From the NCBI RefSeq assembly GCF_041248615.1, contig NZ_CP158426.1: a DNA stretch of 64,000 nt. One strand, written 5' to 3'. Below, piece after piece: positions 48,423-57,840 of this stretch. A program made the position numbers and the translations under genes. How positions within the stretch are numbered: position 1 is the first letter of the stretch; the number at the start of each line of letters is the position of its first letter. This DNA is from Escherichia coli. GTDB lineage: Bacteria > Pseudomonadota > Gammaproteobacteria > Enterobacterales > Enterobacteriaceae. The notes under the pieces were generated by a model. It was not told where the DNA came from. It saw nothing but the letters and a program-made list of their open reading frames with translations, and ran no database searches.

Positions 48423-49694
48423 CTAGCCAGCTTGAAGCGTCGTTTTTCCTCTCCCCAGTATGTAGGGCGGTACATAGGATTTGCGGCAAGTATCCAGATA
48501 ATCCGACCACCACTGCATCATTGCCTTTCTTGCTTCCAGATGCTCTGCTCTGTGAATATATGCCTGGCGTACGGAGTTACGTTCCTGGTGGCTCATTTGC
48601 CGTTCAACAGCATCCTGTGACCATATACTGGATTCCATAAGGGCACTGCATGCCATTGTCCTGAAACCGTGACCACAGATTTCCATTTTCGTATCCCAGC
48701 CCATCAGGCGTAGCGCCTTGTTCACCGTATTTTCACACATGGGTTTATACGGATTATGGTCCCCGGGGAACACGAGTGCATTATCTCCTGAGATATCCTT
48801 AATCTTTTTCAAGATCGCGATCGACTGTTGTGAGAGGGGTACGATATGAGGCCTGCGCATTTTGGCACCACGACCAGAGTAACGCACGCCTTCAATAGCT
48901 TCGCGCGTGGCGGGTATTGTCCAGACCTGGTTTCCGAAATCAATTTCATGCCAGCGGGCAAAACGCAATTCACTCGAGCGAATGAACAGATGCAGTGTTA
49001 GCAGGATGGCAAGGCGAGTGAGTTCACGGCACTGCTGAAAACTCTCAATGCTCTCAAGCAGTTCTGGAAGACGCTCCAGTGGTAGAGCGGGGTAGTGTCG
49101 TTTTACTGGTGGAGCCGTCACTCCGTCAAGGTTTGCTGCCGGATTAAAATCGATTAATCCATGATGCACGGCGTAGCGCATGATATTCCGGAGGTGCTGG
49201 CGTGTACGGGATGCAACTTCCAGGAGACCCTTTTCCTCAATTCCTTTTAATAAAGTGATGAAATGGCGGGGTTTCAGTTCTGAAACTGACATGGTGCCAA
49301 TGACTGGGAAGATATGATTATTCATGCTGGCGAGCAAACGGTCGGCGGTGTTCTCTGACCATTTTTTATTGCTCTTGTGCCATGCAAGTGCAACGTTTCT
49401 AAACACTTTCTTTGGCATGCGAGAACTGCGTTCGGCTGCTCGCTGCTCTGCTGGATTGATGTTCAGTACCAGCATTTTGCGAATACCTTCACGTTGACTA
49501 CGGGCGTCTGAGAGGGAGATGACTGGGTAGGCACCGAGTGCAATACGTGATTCTTTACCCTTAATACGGTACTTGAGATACCAGTGACGTGAACCGCCAG
49601 GTTTGACCAAGAGATACAGACCGTGGGAATCGGAAACTTTAAAGGGTTTATCAGATGGTTTGAGACTGCGGATTTTGGTGTCGGTAAGAGACAT
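48423..49694 (-). CDS. int: P4-type tyrosine integrase (tRNA-adjacent)
   Basis: 423 aa; N-terminal arm-binding-like region, C-terminal catalytic domain; 161 nt from tRNA-Asn 3' end. Confidence 0.9.
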   Translation of the reverse strand: MSLTDTKIRSLKPSDKPFKVSDSHGLYLLVKPGGSRHWYLKYRIKGKESRIALGAYPVISLSDARSQREGIRKMLVLNINPAEQRAAERSSRMPKKVFRNVALAWHKSNKKWSENTADRLLASMNNHIFPVIGTMSVSELKPRHFITLLKGIEEKGLLEVASRTRQHLRNIMRYAVHHGLIDFNPAANLDGVTAPPVKRHYPALPLERLPELLESIESFQQCRELTRLAILLTLHLFIRSSELRFARWHEIDFGNQVWTIPATREAIEGVRYSGRGAKMRRPHIVPLSQQSIAILKKIKDISGDNALVFPGDHNPYKPMCENTVNKALRLMGWDTKMEICGHGFRTMACSALMESSIWSQDAVERQMSHQERNSVRQAYIHRAEHLEARKAMMQWWSDYLDTCRKSYVPPYILGRGKTTLQAG

Positions 49695-49855
49695 ATGGGG
49701 TCACTCCATAATAGAACGAACCGGACCCCAGATTTGACCACCAATTTTTCCCGATGCGGAGGATAAAATCAAAATGCATCAGGAGAAGTTTTCACGCTAA
49801 GCTGTTGTATTAAAACCATAGAGGCATTAATGAATGCTGCACGAAAACAAGAATT

Positions 49856-49931
49856 TGGCTCCTCTGACTGGACTCGAACCAGTGACATACGGATTAACAG
49901 TCCGCCGTTCTACCGACTGAACTACAGAGGA
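49856..49931 (-). tRNA. asnT: tRNA-Asn (anticodon GUU)
   Basis: Reverse complement reads TCCTCTGTAGTTCAGTCGGTAGAACGGCGGACTGTTAATCCGTATGTCACTGGTTCGAGTCCAGTCAGAGGAGCCA; matches recalled E. coli tRNA-Asn; next to mtfA as at the E. coli asnT locus. Confidence 0.95.
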
Positions 49932-50031
49932 ATCGTGTGAACGGGGCGCATATTACTTAGCGGTACCTTGTCTGTCAACACTAAATTTCATAAGCCATTT
50001 CAATTGGTTAATTAATCTGCAAAGTTGTTAA

Positions 50032-50829
50032 TTAATGAACATTCGTCGCCGAAAACGAGTCTGTATCATTAGCGTGATGCAGTCTCTGCAAAGGATCTTG
50101 TTGATAAAATTGGCAGAAACGTTGCCACAATGAAGGGAAACGAGGAGCAAAAAGTTCTGGGGCGCTAAAGAAATATTCAGAAAGTACGGCAAAACACTCA
50201 GCAGGATCACTGGCAGCATAAGCATCGATGCTCGCCGCATTCTCGCCAACTAATTCGATTTCTTCCTGAATGTTGTTCATTGCAGCATGAAGATCGTGTT
50301 CCCAGCTAGCAACCTCACGCAACGGAATAAAGGGAACTCCGCTGGCGCGATCGCCGTTACGGGTGTCCAGCTTATGAGCGACTTCATGAATAATCAGGTT
50401 AAAACCAGAAGCATCAAAAGAATCTTGTATATCCAACCAGTTCAAAACGATAGGCCCTTGCTGCCAGCTCTGACCTGACTGAACAATACGTTGGTTATGC
50501 ACCAGACCGATATCGTCTTCCCATTCGTCATCGACCACAAATGGCGCAGGATAAATTAAGACTTCATGAAAACCATCCAGCCATTCCAGTCCTAACTCCA
50601 GAACGGGCAGGCAAAATAGAAGTGCTATCCGGCAGCTTCTTAATGAATCCAGTTCAAAGCCCTGTAAAGGAACAAGCCGCTTTTGCTGTAAAAAACGTTC
50701 GGCAAGAGTGACTAATTTGCTTTGTTCCTGTTCCGTCAGACACGTTAAAAGGGGGATCGATAGTGCTTCCTGCCAGGGAAGGGCAGTTTGATGTGCTGAT
50801 TCTTGTACTTTCCAGGGCCACTTAATCAT
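50032..50829 (-). CDS. mtfA: Mlc titration factor A (zinc-dependent peptidase MtfA)
   Basis: 265 aa from [13 protein letters not shown]; HEVAH zinc-binding motif; conserved position between serU and asnT. Confidence 0.9.
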   Translation of the reverse strand: MIKWPWKVQESAHQTALPWQEALSIPLLTCLTEQEQSKLVTLAERFLQQKRLVPLQGFELDSLRSCRIALLFCLPVLELGLEWLDGFHEVLIYPAPFVVDDEWEDDIGLVHNQRIVQSGQSWQQGPIVLNWLDIQDSFDASGFNLIIHEVAHKLDTRNGDRASGVPFIPLREVASWEHDLHAAMNNIQEEIELVGENAASIDAYAASDPAECFAVLSEYFFSAPELFAPRFPSLWQRFCQFYQQDPLQRLHHANDTDSFSATNVH

Positions 50830-50922
50830 CGTTTTGCTCGCAAACTCGTCACTTGAACAAAATTGCACGGACAGGGACTGTTAAAATGCCAAATTTCCTG
50901 GCATCATGGCAACCATCTGAAC

Positions 50923-51012
50923 GGAGAGATGCCGGAGCGGCTGAACGGACCGGTCTCGAAAACCGGAGTGGGGGCAACTCCACCGGGGGTTCAAATCCCC
51001 CTCTCTCCGCCA
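50923..51012 (+). tRNA. serU: tRNA-Ser (anticodon CGA)
   Basis: 90-nt GGAGAGATGCCGGAGCGGCTGAACGGACCGGTCTCGAAAACCGG...CCCCCTCTCTCCGCCA with long variable arm. Confidence 0.9.
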
Positions 51013-51064
51013 AAATTCAATCACTTACACATCATTAAGTCAGTGACAAAAATCACACTTGGAA

Positions 51065-52090
51065 TTACTTGGAATATTTTCTTGGAATATTTTCAGGTAA
51101 CGGGACATCAAGTGTTGGTGAAACTTTAACCTTCCTGTCATAGATTAGCACTTGCCCTTCGGTTTTGTGACCAGAGAAAAGTTGCTTATCCCGGCTGCTT
51201 CCTTCATAGTCTGAAATTCCTTTCGCCTTCAGATCATGAAAGGTGAAGTCGGTTAAAATACCTGAAATTTTTCCAGCACGATTTCTTGCATCTACCCACA
51301 TTTCGTTAAAGCCTTTGTACATATATCGGTTGCCGTATTGATTGCTGATCACATAGGCAGATTTTGGTAACTGTTTTGCTTTTTCGATCGCTGCCTGTAA
51401 TCGTGGACTCCATGCTTTTATCTGTTTTTTTCCGGTTTTCCCTTGCTGGATGAATATCCCGTCGTTTCCAATCTGTTCCCATTTCAGCGATAACACATCG
51501 GAAACCCTCGCTGCACACAGATAGGCAATTTCCATTGCGATAAAAACAGGAAGAGGTGCAACGCTTAATACTGCCTGGTATTCTTTGTCGGTTACATATC
51601 GTTCGCGGTTTTTGGCCTTGAATTTACTTACACCTGCACATGGGTTAGCCTTCACGTACCCTCGCTCATACCCCCAACTGTAAACACGGGACATACTGCT
51701 TTTTTCATGGTTGGCTTGCGTTTTACTCTGCTCCCCTCTTTTGTCCATGTATCGACGGATGTGTTCTGGTTTTATGGAATCCGCTGGTACCTTACCGAAT
51801 ACGGCAAGCAACTTTTTTTGATGTTGCAGATAATCTTTTTGTGTTCTTGGACTAAGGTCACTGTAATAGGCGCTGGCGAGGAATTTTTCCCACAAGCGAC
51901 CGAATGTCATTGCACGATCGCGATTATTTACAGTTTCCTCATACTTTTTCCATAAAGCAGCTAAACCATCCTTGATGGCGGTTAGTGTGACAGATTCTCT
52001 GGATGTTGGTTTCCATACATAACTATATTTATTTGGGTATACATTTGGAGGTAATTTTTCGTGTTCAGGATTTTTCCTTCGTCTTCCCAT
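51065..52090 (-). CDS. int: Phage tyrosine integrase (lambdoid prophage, serU-adjacent)
   Basis: 341 aa; 52 nt downstream of serU 3' end; followed by excisionase. Confidence 0.9.
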   Translation of the reverse strand: MGRRRKNPEHEKLPPNVYPNKYSYVWKPTSRESVTLTAIKDGLAALWKKYEETVNNRDRAMTFGRLWEKFLASAYYSDLSPRTQKDYLQHQKKLLAVFGKVPADSIKPEHIRRYMDKRGEQSKTQANHEKSSMSRVYSWGYERGYVKANPCAGVSKFKAKNRERYVTDKEYQAVLSVAPLPVFIAMEIAYLCAARVSDVLSLKWEQIGNDGIFIQQGKTGKKQIKAWSPRLQAAIEKAKQLPKSAYVISNQYGNRYMYKGFNEMWVDARNRAGKISGILTDFTFHDLKAKGISDYEGSSRDKQLFSGHKTEGQVLIYDRKVKVSPTLDVPLPENIPRKYSK

Positions 52091-52293
52091 CAGATCGCAC
52101 CAAAATTCGGCTCTACCTCGCGTGGTGGTAAAGTTTTATTGCAGGTAAATAGATCCCGGCTGACAATCGGTTTGCCACTACGATTGGTATAGAACGGAAG
52201 CCCGTTTTCCATTAACCATTTTCGCTGGTGGCTTGCATATTTGCAGCCCGTTAATATTAGCAATTCATCTTCGGTTAAAAATAAGCTGCTCAT
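52090..52293 (-). CDS. xis: Excisionase-like protein
   Basis: 67 aa; immediately upstream of integrase with 1-nt overlap. Confidence 0.65.
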   Translation of the reverse strand: MSSLFLTEDELLILTGCKYASHQRKWLMENGLPFYTNRSGKPIVSRDLFTCNKTLPPREVEPNFGAI

Positions 52294-52351
52294 AGCTATA
52301 TCTCATAACCGCCGCTAACTATATACGGTTAGCGGCAATTAGGGTTGAACA

Positions 52352-54793
52352 TTAAAAATCAGCCTGACTCGGGATCAGTTTTTGCCAGATAGCTGAAACG
52401 TATTTTGCCTGGTAACGAGCGTCATCAAGTGCATTATGGCGCTCACCTTCGAATGGAATAGCCGTTCTGGCATCGAAGTCTATGGCTTTCCCCAGCTCAA
52501 CGATTGTGCGTACATCGCGATCGTTGTAGTAACGCCACGGGCAGGGGATCCCCTGCCGTTCGTATGAACGGCGCAAAATCGTGTTGTCGAAGTTGGCTCC
52601 ATTTCCCCAAACCTGAACAAAAAATTCACCGGAGTTTTCGTCGATAAATTCCCGCAATTGTAACAGTGCATCATCTAACGGGATTTCATCGGTCATAATG
52701 GCAGATTGCGCTTCGCGTGATTGCTTAAGCCACCATTTAATGGTGTCCCGATCAATGACTCCGCCAGCAGTTTCCAGATCGATAGTCTTACTAAATTCCG
52801 GTCCCATATCTCCGGTTTGCGGATCGAAAAATATTGCACCTATTGAGATGATCGGGGCATCAGGATTTTTTCCCATGGTTTCAAGGTCGATCATTAGATG
52901 GTCACACGTCCTGCTGGTGGATGTGATTTCGTGATGACCGTTCACCTTAATTGGGTGATCTGCCGTCTCGCCAGTTTTATTATCGCTGGCGTGATGCTGA
53001 TTGCCGCCAGGGTTCTCCTTGTGTGGATGTTCAGCGCCTTCCATTTCCTCCGGATCATTTTCCTGAACTTCAACCTGATTCTCTTCATCGAATGTTTCCT
53101 GGTATGTTGCGTCGCCCATCACCGCGCCACAATCAGGGCAGTTGCCGCCACCGCTCTGACCGCAGGCGGTGCAGACTTTTTCCGGTTCCTGTTGCGCTAC
53201 TGGTTCGGATTGTTTCGTTTCTGGCTCGTTTTGTAACGCATTTGGGCTGTTTTGTTCCGCTTTTTGGTCGTTCCGTTCCGATTCATGCTGGTTCTGGTTC
53301 ACAGAATCGCGAGTCTGGATCCCCTTGACCCATTTCGGATCATTAGGGTCGCTAATCCCCTCAACAAATTCACCACGCGATACAGCAAGTAACTTATCGG
53401 CGTCAGGCTGGCTGATATTGGCTGCCTGCATAATTTTGTTTACTTCGTCAGCGGTGACTTTTACTTGGTTAGCGGAACTCACCTGCGACTGAGCATCCAG
53501 CGACTGCGCGTTCTGGCCATGTTCAGTTGTATCCGGTTCCATTGTTTCAGTTGTTGCCTGTTCACCTGCCATTGCGTCAGATGGTTGTGGTTTTTCTTCT
53601 TCTGTTTCACGCTCAGTAACCACCTCGCGGTTAATTTCTTCCAGGATATCTTTTTCCGGCGTATGCCGGGCAGCTGTGAGAGTTTCCTTGCTGGGGTTCT
53701 CGTGATCAGTTTCCGTCAAATAGGCGTTGATATACCCCTGAAGGCGTCCCGGGTAGTGATAAAATTCAGGGTGTGCGCTTCGGATAAGTGCAAAAATAGC
53801 GGCGCGGGAATAGTCCAGAATACCCGGGGTTGCACGAAGTGCTGCGGACCATTCTTTGAACGGACTTTCTTTGTTCAGGACTACTTCTTTTGCGCGACGA
53901 TAAACGCTGCCCGGAATTTCATAAATATTAAAATCCATCGGAAGTGTGGCTGCTGCAATCTCCACATCCAGTGTGTCGAGGGTGTGTACTAAATTCGGAT
54001 TGCGATCGGTTTTGTTCCCACCGCCAGCATTAGCACCGGAAGCCGTGCGGGTGATGCGTGAAACACGATTTCCTTTCATCCACTCTTTTGTCAGCAGACC
54101 CCGATCAGTGTAGTCAGCGTCCAGGTATGCTTCGAAAAAAGCAGTTATTAGTCCCAGGTCTGAATTACCAGGATTAGGGAAAACTTTGTCAGTGTCACGA
54201 ACCAGTTTGTGGAGGTCGCGAATCTCCAGCGAGTCGAGCAGACTGGTTTTATGCGAAATAGCCAGGGCAGTAACAGCCGGTAGTTCTTCAGCCCGTGCAA
54301 TGTGTAATGCCTGGAGTTCGTCGCGTGAAACGTGCGTTACTGGTTTTTCGCTGCCGTGTTGAGCAAGCCAACGAATGGGCAGTTCCTGACCGGAGACAGG
54401 CAGAAGCATGCTCTCCTCAATCTCAGTCATGTCTTCGCCGTTGATGTTGGTATTGTCAGTGCTGGCTGGTTTGTCCTGAACAGAGGGGGAAGGGCCGATA
54501 AATGTCATTGTGATGCCATCTTTCCCGCCTTTTTCATAGCGGTTGCAGAATTCAGTATCAAACACGCCTTCTGGCGGAAGGTCGTCAACAACGGGCAAAT
54601 TGACGCGGACGGGTTTTTTAAAGTCGTCTTCATCATAATCGTTGTCATCCATTGCGGTAATGCAGCGGGAGATTGCAACAGATAATTTTTTTGCTGTAGT
54701 CCAGTAAAAACCACCTTTAATTCCCAGGCGTTTTCTTACTTTGTCATTTTTTGCTTCGCAATATAGTGCAAATTCTTCTTTATCAGTGCTCAT
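52352..54793 (-). CDS. Prophage exonuclease with C-terminal DEDD-type 3'-5' exonuclease domain
   Basis: C-terminal motifs [32 protein letters not shown] (DnaQ-like Exo I-III); central zinc-ribbon CTACGQ...CPDCG; 813 aa. Confidence 0.65.
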   Translation of the reverse strand: MSTDKEEFALYCEAKNDKVRKRLGIKGGFYWTTAKKLSVAISRCITAMDDNDYDEDDFKKPVRVNLPVVDDLPPEGVFDTEFCNRYEKGGKDGITMTFIGPSPSVQDKPASTDNTNINGEDMTEIEESMLLPVSGQELPIRWLAQHGSEKPVTHVSRDELQALHIARAEELPAVTALAISHKTSLLDSLEIRDLHKLVRDTDKVFPNPGNSDLGLITAFFEAYLDADYTDRGLLTKEWMKGNRVSRITRTASGANAGGGNKTDRNPNLVHTLDTLDVEIAAATLPMDFNIYEIPGSVYRRAKEVVLNKESPFKEWSAALRATPGILDYSRAAIFALIRSAHPEFYHYPGRLQGYINAYLTETDHENPSKETLTAARHTPEKDILEEINREVVTERETEEEKPQPSDAMAGEQATTETMEPDTTEHGQNAQSLDAQSQVSSANQVKVTADEVNKIMQAANISQPDADKLLAVSRGEFVEGISDPNDPKWVKGIQTRDSVNQNQHESERNDQKAEQNSPNALQNEPETKQSEPVAQQEPEKVCTACGQSGGGNCPDCGAVMGDATYQETFDEENQVEVQENDPEEMEGAEHPHKENPGGNQHHASDNKTGETADHPIKVNGHHEITSTSRTCDHLMIDLETMGKNPDAPIISIGAIFFDPQTGDMGPEFSKTIDLETAGGVIDRDTIKWWLKQSREAQSAIMTDEIPLDDALLQLREFIDENSGEFFVQVWGNGANFDNTILRRSYERQGIPCPWRYYNDRDVRTIVELGKAIDFDARTAIPFEGERHNALDDARYQAKYVSAIWQKLIPSQADF

Positions 54794-54886
54794 TATTGGT
54801 AAACCTCATCACAGATTTAAGGGTGAACAAATCTCTGCCATTGCTGACATATAAGAATGAAACTGGATATTTATTACGGTGCTGTT

Positions 54887-55078
54887 TTAAAATCCTGCCG
54901 GGATTTCGTTATTATCCTGGTGAATAACTTTATCGACCGGATAACAGTTGCCTGGAATTTTCTGTTCGGTTGCTGCTGCCATACATTCCTGCTTTGTTCT
55001 GTGAACACTGACTGCAATATCAACTGGCCCTCCGGAAACAAGAAAAACCGTCAGAATAAGTGCAAATACTGGATTCAT
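54887..55078 (-). CDS. ydfD: YdfD-like small prophage protein
   Basis: 63-aa product from MNPVFALILTVFLVSGG; ATGA overlap with dicB stop. Confidence 0.6.
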   Translation of the reverse strand: MNPVFALILTVFLVSGGPVDIAVSVHRTKQECMAAATEQKIPGNCYPVDKVIHQDNNEIPAGF

Positions 55079-55263
55079 TGTGCACATCCTTTTGGCATCA
55101 GACGTAAACGGGCCAGCATTGAAACAATGCATACTTTATTTAATAACTCCCGTTCGTGTTTTCTTTTGTTAATGGCATCTTCAGTAAATACAGGATTACT
55201 GATAGTGACACCAATTTCAAAACAACCTTCAGACGTATTAACGTTTGGTAATAACGTTTTCAT
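55075..55263 (-). CDS. dicB: Cell division inhibitor DicB
   Basis: 62-aa product MKTLLPNVNTSEGCFEIGVTISNPVFTEDAINKRK...MLARLRLMPKGCAQ matching recalled DicB. Confidence 0.8.
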   Translation of the reverse strand: MKTLLPNVNTSEGCFEIGVTISNPVFTEDAINKRKHERELLNKVCIVSMLARLRLMPKGCAQ

Positions 55264-55437
55264 TATCGCGCCCTCAACAATGAGTTTTGTGATGCGGTGC
55301 CTGGTGCCTCCAGGTGACGTTAACCAGTTAACAATTAACGCCGGATACAGAGAATCCACCCATAACACTGTTTTTGGTTTTAACTGTTCCGCGTGCGCTT
55401 AGCCGCATTCACCGCATCACAAAATTCACTTTAAAAA

Positions 55438-55490
55438 GGGCGGCAGAGCAGTCACGGAGTAAAACTGATACCGCCAAACGTCACCAGAAA
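55438..55490 (-). ncRNA. dicF: DicF small regulatory RNA
   Basis: Minus-strand sequence TTTCTGGTGACGTTTGGCGGTATCAGTTTTACTCCGTGACTGCTCTGCCGCCC followed by a T-run; matches recalled DicF; lies between ydfC and dicB. Confidence 0.8.
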
Positions 55491-55830
55491 ATTGATAACA
55501 GAGGGCGTTGCAGCGGGGTTGTCACTTAAGCGTATGGTCAACCTGACAACCCGGTGTCCTCAACGGGGAAGGAATAACCCCGCCATACTTACCGCCGCGC
55601 CATTTCGCGGAGTGCCACAACCGGAAGCGCACGGTCGACGAAAATTTAACGACAGGCTATCTATGAACCAGCTACCTCGCCGTGCGCTTTCGCGTTATGG
55701 TCTGACTTTTCAGGGAAATATCCTTTCAGTAAACTGTCAGTGCCGGATGCTCACCCGTGTCCGGCGCACGCACTCCACCTCACCCGTGGAGAACTCCTTA
55801 ATTACCAACCTTAGCTTCGTTGGTTAGCTA

Positions 55831-56049
55831 TTAACGCGGGTATGTAATCATTCTGGCAATGCTTAATGCCGCTGCTTTTTCCAGATTGGTGATATCCTGC
55901 TCCAGAGCGGACAGATTTTCAGCCTGCTTAGCCCTGGCTTCATTAGCCCATTTCAGATCCTGCGCTGCATTAATTTTCTGGCGCATCCACTCATAAAGTT
56001 CATCATCGGTATAGTCTGGCGCGATTATGACGGGTTCTCGTTTCTGCAT
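55831..56049 (-). CDS. ydfC: YdfC-like prophage protein
   Basis: 72-aa ORF upstream of dicF in the dicB operon. Confidence 0.6.
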   Translation of the reverse strand: MQKREPVIIAPDYTDDELYEWMRQKINAAQDLKWANEARAKQAENLSALEQDITNLEKAAALSIARMITYPR

Positions 56050-56078
56050 ACTGATTCCTCGCGGTGCTACTTCGCTTA

Positions 56079-56207
56079 TCAGCCGTTAGATTTTGCCGAG
56101 CTGGAAAGCGCCTGTTTAAACTCACTGAAGCTGAGAGCTTCTTCGCCTTCGGCAAGGTCTTCGAAGTATTCTTCGTAAGCCTTTTCCATGATTGTGTCGA
56201 AATCCAT
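56079..56207 (-). CDS. ydfB: YdfB-like small protein, 42 aa (not in ORF track)
   Basis: Hand-translated MDFDTIMEKAYEEYFEDLAEGEEALSFSEFKQALSSSAKSNG. Confidence 0.5.
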   Translation of the reverse strand: MDFDTIMEKAYEEYFEDLAEGEEALSFSEFKQALSSSAKSNG

Positions 56208-56208
56208 A

Positions 56209-56364
56209 TCACTCACCTGAGTTTCTTTCCAGCCAGCGACGGGCACCATTTTCGGTTTTAAACGTTTTGCTTTTGGTATACGTCATCGCGGTGAACGTGC
56301 CGTCCTGGTTGGGAAACACGCCGTACACCAGAGATTCGTTGTTGCCAAGATCGATAGTATCCAT
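56209..56364 (-). CDS. ydfA: YdfA-like small protein, 51 aa
   Basis: Internal start MDTIDLGNNESLVYGVFPNQDG within track ORF 56209..56445; start choice uncertain. Confidence 0.45.
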   Translation of the reverse strand: MDTIDLGNNESLVYGVFPNQDGTFTAMTYTKSKTFKTENGARRWLERNSGE

Positions 56365-56629
56365 GCTGACCTCATTTCCCCTTAACGCCGGGGTAGCGGA
56401 ACAAAAACCTGCTGCATAGTTATTAAAGTTGAACCCTGCCGTCATGTTCTTACGCCTCGGGCTGGCTACTTAACCCCTGACCACTGCCTGGTAACTCGAA
56501 GTATTGCCCTGCATTCTGTGGGGCGGGGTGGGTTGGTATGAAAAGAAGGATACCCATAGGTATTTAAAAAGTAAATACCCATGGGTAACTTTTTGCGGTG
56601 TCTTAACTGGTGACTAGTTGTTTGGTGAG

Positions 56630-57049
56630 CTATGATGCGTTTTGTGCTTTCTTTTTACGGATTTCTTCGTAGATCATATTGTAATACTGTTTTTTCTCTT
56701 CAAGAGTTTTTAATAAGTTATCCGCTTCACTTTCTGGCAGTTCGTCTAAGAGATCTAAAAAAATACGTTGTCGTGGCGTTAGAACCCTTGTTTCATAACT
56801 GGAGGCTGTGTTCGTTGATGATGAAACGATACCATCCATCCATCCCCGGGGTAACCCAAAGGACTCTTCGATAATCTCCACCATATCATCAGCGATCCGT
56901 TTTTTTCCCTTTTTCCCCTCTGGGTACAACATTCTTGATACATAAGAAGGCTCGCGCCCGATCTTTCTGGCCACGTTAACCGCTTTACCATCGCATTTCT
57001 CATCACGAATTTTGATGAGTTGCTGTCGTCTAAATTCATATTTGTCCAT
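56630..57049 (-). CDS. Prophage repressor-like HTH protein (XRE/CI-like)
   Basis: 139 aa; HTH-like NVARKIGREPSYVSRML; divergent from Cro-like gene. Confidence 0.6.
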   Translation of the reverse strand: MDKYEFRRQQLIKIRDEKCDGKAVNVARKIGREPSYVSRMLYPEGKKGKKRIADDMVEIIEESFGLPRGWMDGIVSSSTNTASSYETRVLTPRQRIFLDLLDELPESEADNLLKTLEEKKQYYNMIYEEIRKKKAQNAS

Positions 57050-57149
57050 AGGTAAATAATAGATGCGATTACCGCAAGGTAAACAACCTGTGGGTATTGA
57101 CTTTTGTTTACCTGCGGGTATTCTTTACTGTGTTTACTAAGGAGTAGCT

Positions 57150-57431
57150 ATGGAAGAATTAAGAATATTTCTCAATTCTCTTTCGTCAGATGAACAGCGT
57201 ATGTTTGCATGCGAGTGTGGTACCAGCATCGGTTATCTAAGAAAGGCATTGAGTAAAGGTCAAGTGTTAGGGGCATCGTTATGTGTCCTTATTGAGCGAG
57301 CCAGTAATGGTGAAGTTACACGTCAGCAACTAAGGCCTTTTGATTGGATGAATATTTGGCCCGAGCTGGAAGATACCAAAACGTTAACACAACCACTTTC
57401 TAGGAGCTTGATTCATGAAAATCAAGCATGA
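57150..57431 (+). CDS. Cro-like / YdaS-family small regulator
   Basis: 93 aa; divergent from repressor; followed by YdaT-like gene, as in Rac-type immunity regions. Confidence 0.55.
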   Translation: MEELRIFLNSLSSDEQRMFACECGTSIGYLRKALSKGQVLGASLCVLIERASNGEVTRQQLRPFDWMNIWPELEDTKTLTQPLSRSLIHENQA

Positions 57432-57840
57432 ACACATCCGCATGGCGATGAATGCCTGGGCGCATCCGGACGGTGAAAAAGTTCCGGCAGCTGAAATAAC
57501 CAGGGCTTATTTTGAACTGGGTATGACGTTCCCAGAACTGTATGACGACAGCCATCCGGAAGCCCTGGCTCGCAATACCCAGAAAATTTTCCGCTGGGTA
57601 GAGAAAGACACCCCTGATGCAGTTGAAAAAATTCAGGCGTTGTTACCAGCGATCGAAAAGGCAATGCCACCTTTGCTGGTGGCCAGAATGCGCAGCCACA
57701 GTTCAGCTTATTTTCGGGAACTGGTGGAGACGCGGGAGCGACTGGTGAGAGACGCTGATGATTTTGTCGCAGTGGCAATCGCCGGTTTCAATCAGATGAA
57801 CCGTGGTGGCCCGGCAGGAAATGCTGTGGCAGTACATTGA
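57415..57840 (+). CDS. YdaT-family prophage protein
   Basis: N-terminus MKIKHEHI resembles recalled YdaT; 141 aa. Confidence 0.6.
   Translation: MKIKHEHIRMAMNAWAHPDGEKVPAAEITRAYFELGMTFPELYDDSHPEALARNTQKIFRWVEKDTPDAVEKIQALLPAIEKAMPPLLVARMRSHSSAYFRELVETRERLVRDADDFVAVAIAGFNQMNRGGPAGNAVAVH

Noticed and set aside
37799-49694. Yersiniabactin high-pathogenicity island at the tRNA-Asn site
   Set aside because: No NRPS/PKS-sized ORFs or siderophore biosynthesis genes are present; the cargo is a transporter/porin block instead.
52698-53992. Plus-strand ORFs (78 to 175 aa) inside the exonuclease gene
   Set aside because: Antisense to an 813-aa gene with recognisable exonuclease motifs; Cys/Phe-rich low-complexity translations.
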